From assembly GCA_002104905.1 (NCBI GenBank), contig MCFE01000569.1, positions 1 to 57,046 of the forward strand: a stretch of DNA of 57,046 nucleotides, written 5' to 3'. The position numbers were made by a program, and so were the translations under genes. Of the stretch, positions 51,263 to 57,046 are shown piece after piece. Every line of letters starts with the position of its first letter. Position 1 is the first letter of the stretch. The notes beneath the pieces were generated by a model. It was not told the origin of the DNA. It saw only the letters and a list, made by a program, of their open reading frames with translations, and searched no databases. The DNA comes from Basidiobolus meristosporus CBS 931.73. Lineage: Eukaryota > Fungi > Basidiobolomycota.

Positions 51263-53188
51263 ACGCTTCGTAGCGAACGGGTTGAGGCATTATTTAGGAA
51301 ATAGTATGTACATGCATATAGACTCTAGCAATGGTAGTAGACCTGCTCGCGCAGAGCCATGAAAGGGCAATGCTGGCTTACTTTGAGGCTGTGATGCAAA
51401 AAGATCTCGATATTGGAATACAATCATTGAGCTTGACTATTTCCCTTGGTTGATGATTGAATGGCAAGCGAACGCTATCTTCTTTGTAGACACAGCATTA
51501 AACTCTAGAATTCTTCAAGTGGTTACGGCAGGCTCGAATATTATGAATGGGCTCCCAAGTAGTGTTTACGCAATGTCTTTAGATGCTAGGTATATTGCTA
51601 CCTAAGTGTGCTCGAATCATGATTTCATTGTATGGAGTCGGATTCCGGCAACTATGTGATATCGAAAAGGAGATTCAAGAATGTAGAAAGTCGGAGAGGA
51701 TCCCTAGCGATGAGCATAACATCGATCGCAGAGGTGGAGTCCTTTTTGATATCGTTGAGGCTTCATGTCATCGGGTTTTAGGTTTCAGAGTAATCTTGAA
51801 GACCAAATGTACTTCTAAGTACTACTTTCATACAACCTGCCAATTTCTCAATTCCTAGGAACCATATCCAGTATTGCTAGCTTAGATGAACCGAGCATTA
51901 TAGTGGGCTGAATCTTTCACGTGCCAGGATACTGTACAAACACAAATCCTTCCAAAGATGATGCCCTAGTAGCCTTTTGAAAGCCGTTTATTCATGTGGC
52001 ATTATCACTGAAAATCCAGAGTTGAACCGATAGCATTGGCCGGTTTCTAGGGAACCGCTTCGACTTTGCATCCGCAATCCAATATACATACAAAAAATAC
52101 TAAAGATGTAGTCAGCGTACGTTAGGTACTTTGGATGTCCTTCTATTGATAAAGGCCAATTGCTACAGAGTTCAAGAGCAGCTGGGTCGGTGGTTGGTGT
52201 ACTGCGTAGCCGCATTGCTGTTGAGACAATACCCATCGATGTAAAAGCGGAACACATCTGCTGTAATATTAATCTAAAAAACCCATTTTCACCAAATGGC
52301 TAGGTGAATTTTGCGGTAGCTACCAGTGGTATGGCCACATCATGGTTACCAATAACCACGAGATCTACAGAGAATGCCTATGGGAATGTGTTTCAGTGAA
52401 TATCGCCAAGATACAATCATGCTATGCAGGTGGATCGTACAGGTGCATGCAGGGGGGTAACGGCTAAGCTGACTTCGCTCTAATGCCATTTAAACATGGG
52501 GTGATATATACATATTAATCTTTGCAGCCCCAAATTGACCCGTGGAGTAAAAAGCTGATGCTTGGAAATGTCGGTATTGTGCATGTATCCAACGCAAGTG
52601 ATCTGCAAGTGGCAGGTCAACAGAAAACAATATGGGCATTGACAATACCTAGAAAACCGTGGTGATGATAGAAACCCATGAGTACACAGACTACTGTAGC
52701 AAAAACTGCACTCGCGAGTAATTAGCCACTTGGCAAGTCCTTCTCCAATAGGCATTTGAAAAATGGTTCATATCCTTTTTTAGTACAGTGCTGCTGCCTC
52801 TATCCCGAGTTACTAAGGCTCCCAACTAGCGAGCAGGGCGTTTGATAAAGTCAAAAGTACACCACATCATCGTAGTAATTGTTGGATTTCATTTGAAGGG
52901 GAATTTGCTAGATGCTGGGAATGTGAGAATTGGTTGCCATGATTGACCGCAAAATCCTAAAATAGTCTTCGTCCACACTACACCATGACTGGCATTGTGA
53001 CGAGAACCAATGGGGCTAGTGATTGGTTTTAACTAATAACGCTACTTCGATGATTGGAGGAAGCTACAAATGGATTTCATGGATGCTGTTCATGTCGATT
53101 CAAGCGTTTCTGAGGATTTTGGTTTGGACATTACCGCGCTTTGAACTGTCGGTTCTATTTCTTATAAAGAGGGCCTGCGCTATTAAAC

Positions 53189-54895
53189 ATGTCTGGCCTT
53201 CATCAAACCCTACCCGCTTTGATAACTTCTTTATCAGCCGAAGTAAAAGAAATAATTTTTTTCTATGTTGGCGATGTGTGTTTATATGCTGATTCTTTCG
53301 ACAGGCCAGGGAGCTTCTTTGAAGCCTTGGTAATCGGCCAAGGTGGTCCTGGGTTTGTTTTGGAAGAGGCCATCAGAAAGTGCCACAAACGGCTCATCTG
53401 GTGGCTACTAACAGCCGTAGCCTATCCAATAGACTATCTTCTCGCAAGTACAGCCTGTTATGGGGACCTATCTGTATTGGTATACATCGTCACTTTAATT
53501 GGTGAAGAATACAAAGAGTACGACACTCCAGCAAAACTCCTTTGTATAATCGAGGGAAAGTCACATATGTTGGACTACCTGCACCAAAAGAATCCCAGGT
53601 TTAAAGAGGGGGAACCTTATACTAGCTGTCTACAAACCTCTCTGATCGCAGGAATATCCAACTCGAGCAAGATGTACTCTTGGTACATGAGAAACCAATT
53701 TATTTTTCCTCCGATAGACCAGAGGTACCTCATAAGGGGATGTCTTCAGAATGATGACATTGCCGGGGCGATAGAGCACATCGACAATAGTGGCCTTGCA
53801 GGTTTACAAAAAGCCTTGGCATATGTCTCTTCTGGAGCAGAAGAAACATACCGATGGTTAGTTCTCAGGTATGCTGGAGAAGCAGATGTTTTGATGTATA
53901 TTGCTAGAGCATGTGCAAGAATGGGATATGTCGACACCCTTGAAAATCTTCTCAAGCAGCCATACAATGTGCATGTCGAGTATGATTTCTTTGCGGCAAT
54001 TCCTGATCTGGCAGTCGTCAAGGTCCTTCATAAGTATGCCTACAGGCGGAACAGTATTTCCTGCCTGTTGCATGCCGGATGTATCGCAAAAGTCAAATCC
54101 CGCTTTACTACCTACCGGACGCTGCGATGCTACCGAGAGCTATTAAGCACCTTCACATCAAATGAAAGTCTCCTTCAGGTGACTAGCCCCTTTTGCAAGA
54201 AACGCCACTCAGAAGATGTATTGTTGTATTTGGTGGACTTGGCTCAGGTTACCTCAGATCCTCGGCTGCTGATGAAGTATACTCGATATTCCATTGAATG
54301 TGGACATCTGAGGCTGCTGAAGAAGTTGAAGCCGTTTATTCAAGCAAGGAGTTGGCAAAGCCTCTCTCAGCAGATCGAGGCAGGAAGTCCGCATATATAT
54401 CGCAGTGGAAGTGTAGAGGTTGTTGATTATCTCTACAAATCGGGAGCCACCCAAGCAATACGGTTAGATTCTTTGATCACAAGGTTTGATCTAAGATCCA
54501 TTGAGAATTTTATGGAAAAAGGTGTTGTGAGGAATCCGGAGGATGAAAGCCTAGTAGAATGGAGCTTAGAAACCAAGCGGGGTTTGACGAAACAGATTTG
54601 GCGGAGCAATTCCTGTCTTGTCGGCCTTGAATATATGGATAGAAAGGATCGGATAATGAAGTTGGTAGAGTCTACCAGTGATGTATTTTGTTACCGAGAG
54701 CACTACTGTAGATTGAAAGCCGGCAACACTACACCTATTCTATCCAATACTAGTATTCGTTTTACTAGTATGCTAGCAAATCGATGCCCTCGTTCTTCGT
54801 CCAATCCATTGTACGATGAATTCCTCAATCATATGAAGTGTAATCTTTGGGAAACAAATATGCTCTTATTTATCCCCTGCGTTATGGAAAGATAG
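53189..54895 (+). CDS. Intronless 568-aa hypothetical protein with an F-box-like N-terminus and degenerate ankyrin-like repeats
   Basis: Uninterrupted ORF; LSAEVKEIIFFY; repeated A/C-x-x-G-x-(L/V)-x-x-L motifs (STACYGDLSVLVYI, ACARMGYVDTLENL, SIECGHLRLLKKL, RSGSVEVVDYL). Confidence 0.6.
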   Translation: MSGLHQTLPALITSLSAEVKEIIFFYVGDVCLYADSFDRPGSFFEALVIGQGGPGFVLEEAIRKCHKRLIWWLLTAVAYPIDYLLASTACYGDLSVLVYIVTLIGEEYKEYDTPAKLLCIIEGKSHMLDYLHQKNPRFKEGEPYTSCLQTSLIAGISNSSKMYSWYMRNQFIFPPIDQRYLIRGCLQNDDIAGAIEHIDNSGLAGLQKALAYVSSGAEETYRWLVLRYAGEADVLMYIARACARMGYVDTLENLLKQPYNVHVEYDFFAAIPDLAVVKVLHKYAYRRNSISCLLHAGCIAKVKSRFTTYRTLRCYRELLSTFTSNESLLQVTSPFCKKRHSEDVLLYLVDLAQVTSDPRLLMKYTRYSIECGHLRLLKKLKPFIQARSWQSLSQQIEAGSPHIYRSGSVEVVDYLYKSGATQAIRLDSLITRFDLRSIENFMEKGVVRNPEDESLVEWSLETKRGLTKQIWRSNSCLVGLEYMDRKDRIMKLVESTSDVFCYREHYCRLKAGNTTPILSNTSIRFTSMLANRCPRSSSNPLYDEFLNHMKCNLWETNMLLFIPCVMER

Positions 54896-55190
54896 ACTAG
54901 GAAGAAGGAAAGTTGTCAAGGATGGCAAGATCTTTCAAGTTTGAAAACTTGAGCAAATAAAAAACAATTTTGTTAGGTCTTGAAGTTGCCCCTAAATGTT
55001 CTTGTGGGATACTTTCACTCTTGATTATCCTGGAGTCTTTTGAGATCATTTAACTGACAAATTGCTTTGAAACCCATATTAATCTCTGAGTTTTCAAGTA
55101 GTAGTTTTACCCTTCCTCTGATGCACATACACAATCTATTTCATTAAGTAAGTTATCTGACTTAAACTTTGTTTCTTTTGTGGTTTAGAG

Positions 55191-55411
55191 TTAGGGAGGT
55201 GAATGTTATCCAGAGGTGAAATCTGTTTCTCAACAGCTCAAATTAAAGAAGCTAAGTGCCACATGTGTAGCCTTTGTGCAATTAAATAAAGGGGTAGGCT
55301 ATTAGGGGGGAGACAGTCACCAACAGGTGAAACCTTTGTTTCAGTTGAAACAAAGAAGCCAGCAGTACTGATTTAGCTTTGATACAAGAGTGTGTAGGTG
55401 AGGGGAATTGG
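55191..55411 (-). repeat. Older, diverged copies of the telomere-element 3' terminus
   Basis: TTAGGG at 55191 followed by GGTGAAATCT (55215). TTAGGGGGG at 55302 followed by GTCACCAACAGGTGAAA and AAACAAAGAAGCCAGC, shared with 55595-55728. Confidence 0.7.
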
Positions 55412-55584
55412 TGTTGTAAGAGTCTTGGAGATATTGGAAGTGATTGGGAGAACATGTAGATTATGTGGTTTTCACTTGATGATTTATTGAATGTAAAAGT
55501 AGTATTTATACTTTTACATGGACTTGGCATAAAAAACACATAAAAAAAGGTTAAGGAAGGTCCCAATAACATGTGTGCAAAGTT
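55412..55584 (-). mobile_element. Truncated copia LTR (3' half, 173 bp) of the same family as copies A-D
   Basis: TGTTGTAAGAGTCTTGG...TGTGTGCAAAGTT is the reverse complement of the LTR 3' half. No PBS follows, so this is a 3' or solo LTR; the match stops abruptly at 55584. Confidence 0.93.
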
Positions 55585-56772
55585 AGGGGGAGGGTTAGGG
55601 GAGGGAAAGTCACCAAGTTGGTGAAATCTTTATTTGAGTTAAGAACTAAGGGGGGAGGGAAAGTCACCAAGGTAGGTGAAATCTTTATTTGATTGCAGAC
55701 AAGTCTAACTACAAACAAAGAAGCCAGCTGGGAATAGAAGATTCCCAAAGTAAACACTAAGTTGAATATGAATAAATCTAAGCTAAAGTTAAGGCAGTAT
55801 CCCAGAGTACACTGGAGTTCAGGTTCATGGGGGAGTGAAGTAGATAAGCTTGAGAGATATAATAATCTTTGAGGAAGTGGGTAACAGCAGGTGAAGGGGA
55901 GTTTTTGATAAGTGAAGTGAATCTTGAGAGCAGAGATTCCTCTAATGAGAAGGTCTTGTAAACTGGAGAATCAGGAAACTCTTTAAAGGCATGGTCAGTA
56001 GGTTCCCAGTAAAACTGGTCAGAGACATTTTGAGAGAACTCTTTAGCAATACTTTTGTCAAGTACTATCTCCAGAGTGTGATTGTTGATAAATCTCATGT
56101 TAACAATCTTGGATAAATTGTAACCTTGTTGCTTGAGATACATCCTATGTTCAGATATAGGAATGAACTCCACATTGGCAAAGTAGCAGACAGCCCAGTC
56201 AGTAGCAGGAGGCAAATCAGAAGTGGCAGGAAACTTTCTTTTAGTCTTGGGAGGAGCAGCAGGATGTCTTGAGGAAGCAGGAACAGGCTTTTTGACAGCT
56301 TCAGAGTAGGAAGAGTGAGCAGGAGCAGATGATTCTTGGGGAGTCTTGTTGACAGGAACAGCTGGCAGAGAGACAATAGATTCTTGCAGATCAGAGAAGG
56401 CAGAAAACAGCTTTTGAACTTGTTTCTTGAGTAAAGCATTTTCAGCTTCAACAAGTGCAAGCCTTTCCTCAAGGAAGGAAATCTGAAGGGAATGGAGTGA
56501 AGCCATAGGAAATAAGAAGAAGAGGGTGAGATGGGGTGGGTGGGTGGGAAAATTAGCAGGGAGAAGAGAAGGAAGGAGCAAAAATTCCAGAAGTCAGAAT
56601 TTATAGATGGATGGACAAGGGTAGATGGATGGATTATTCCTGGGTTAGGAAAATTAGCAGGGAGAAGAGAAGGAAGGAGCAAAAATTCCAGAAGTCAGAA
56701 TTTATAGATGGATGGACAAGGGTAGATGGATGGATTATTCCTGGGTTAGGAAAATTAGCAGGGAGAAGAGAA
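55583..56772 (-). mobile_element. Candidate non-autonomous telomere-associated retroelement (ORF1 only; 5' end at the telomere)
   Basis: One ORF1-like ORF; 3' end consists of CCCTAA-like repeats; 5' end has 101-bp repeats capped by (TTAGGG)n; no CpG. Confidence 0.65.
55778..56506 (-). CDS. 242-aa ORF1/Gag-like protein (coiled coil, SYSEAVKK motif, Pro-rich linker, RRM-like alpha/beta domain)
   Basis: Open frame from ATG 56506 (MASLHSLQ). Heptads FLEERLALVEAENALLKKQVQKL; AVCYFANV...ISEHRMYLKQQGYNLSKIVNMRFINNHTLEIVL resembles fungal LINE ORF1-type domains (by eye). Confidence 0.65.
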   Translation of the reverse strand: MASLHSLQISFLEERLALVEAENALLKKQVQKLFSAFSDLQESIVSLPAVPVNKTPQESSAPAHSSYSEAVKKPVPASSRHPAAPPKTKRKFPATSDLPPATDWAVCYFANVEFIPISEHRMYLKQQGYNLSKIVNMRFINNHTLEIVLDKSIAKEFSQNVSDQFYWEPTDHAFKEFPDSPVYKTFSLEESLLSRFTSLIKNSPSPAVTHFLKDYYISQAYLLHSPMNLNSSVLWDTALTLA

Positions 56773-56774
56773 GG
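56547..56774. repeat. 2.25 perfect copies of a 101-bp subtelomeric tandem repeat, each junction containing GGGTTAGG
   Basis: Units start GGAAAATTAGCAGG at 56547, 56648 and 56749. Confidence 0.97.
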
Positions 56775-57046
56775 GTTAGGGTTAGGGTTAGGGTTAGGGT
56801 TAGGGTTAGGGTTAGGGTTAGGGTTAGGGTTAGGGTTAGGGTTAGGGTTAGGGTTAGGGTTAGGGTTAGGGTTAGGGTTAGGGTTAGGGTTAGGGTTAGG
56901 GTTAGGGTTAGGGTTAGGGTTAGGGTTAGGGTTAGGGTTAGGGTTAGGGTTAGGGTTAGGGTTAGGGTTAGGGTTAGGGTTAGGGTTAGGGTTAGGGTTA
57001 GGGTTAGGGTTAGGGTTAGGGTTAGGGTTAGGGTTAGGGTTAGGTT
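56773..57046 (+). repeat. Telomere (TTAGGG)n, about 45 units
   Basis: Continuous GGGTTA array to the window end, G-rich strand running 5'->3' toward the end. Confidence 0.99.

Noticed and set aside
54896-55777. ORF2/reverse transcriptase downstream of the telomeric ORF1
   Set aside because: Only ~190 nt precede the junction; no long ORF or YxDD motif is visible.
56095-56682. 195-aa overlapping minus-strand ORF
   Set aside because: Alternative frame of the ORF1 region starting in the 101-bp repeat; Leu-rich shadow translation with no independent support.
55191-56772. Hammerhead ribozyme typical of Penelope-like pseudo-LTRs
   Set aside because: A hairpin followed by GAAA is present, but I found no CUGANGA core on either strand; a covariance-model search would be needed to exclude variants.
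57041-57046. Variant last telomere unit (TAGGTT)
   Set aside because: Single missing G at the contig end; likely a read-end artefact.

Overview
Eukaryotic, intron-containing, fungal-type chromosome end that terminates in about 45 TTAGGG repeats (56773-57046). The gene set suggests a fungus, possibly an early-diverging one (inference only). There are three zones. (1) 1-11.1 kb is a CpG-depleted transposon nest: four pieces of one Ty1/copia family, a CACTA/CMC transposase remnant, a degenerate ~600-bp tandem duplication and a zinc-knuckle remnant. One copia copy is young and full-length (4462-9145), with 349-bp LTRs differing at one base, an ACAAC target-site duplication and a Ty5-type half-tRNA primer site. 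(2) 12-54.9 kb is a CpG-normal gene region: PABP, pantothenate kinase, Sos7-like, histone-fold-like hypothetical, YRA1/ALYREF, RNase H1, Cyc8/Ssn6-like, U2AF35, PEX14, acyl-CoA synthetase, SRP19, a stand-alone I9 inhibitor, MUB1/samB, an MFS transporter and an intronless F-box/ankyrin-like ORF. (3) 54.9-57 kb is a terminal block with no CpG. Here a copia LTR is broken and joined through GTT microhomology to a ~1.2-kb unit. The unit carries one intact ORF1/Gag-like ORF and no reverse transcriptase, its 5' end faces the telomere, and its 3' end is made of telomere-complementary sequence. Older copies of the same 3' terminus are stacked behind it. This HeT-A/Athena-like, non-autonomous, telomere-attached element is the most interesting candidate system. 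All product calls come from motif recognition by eye; no database searches were run.
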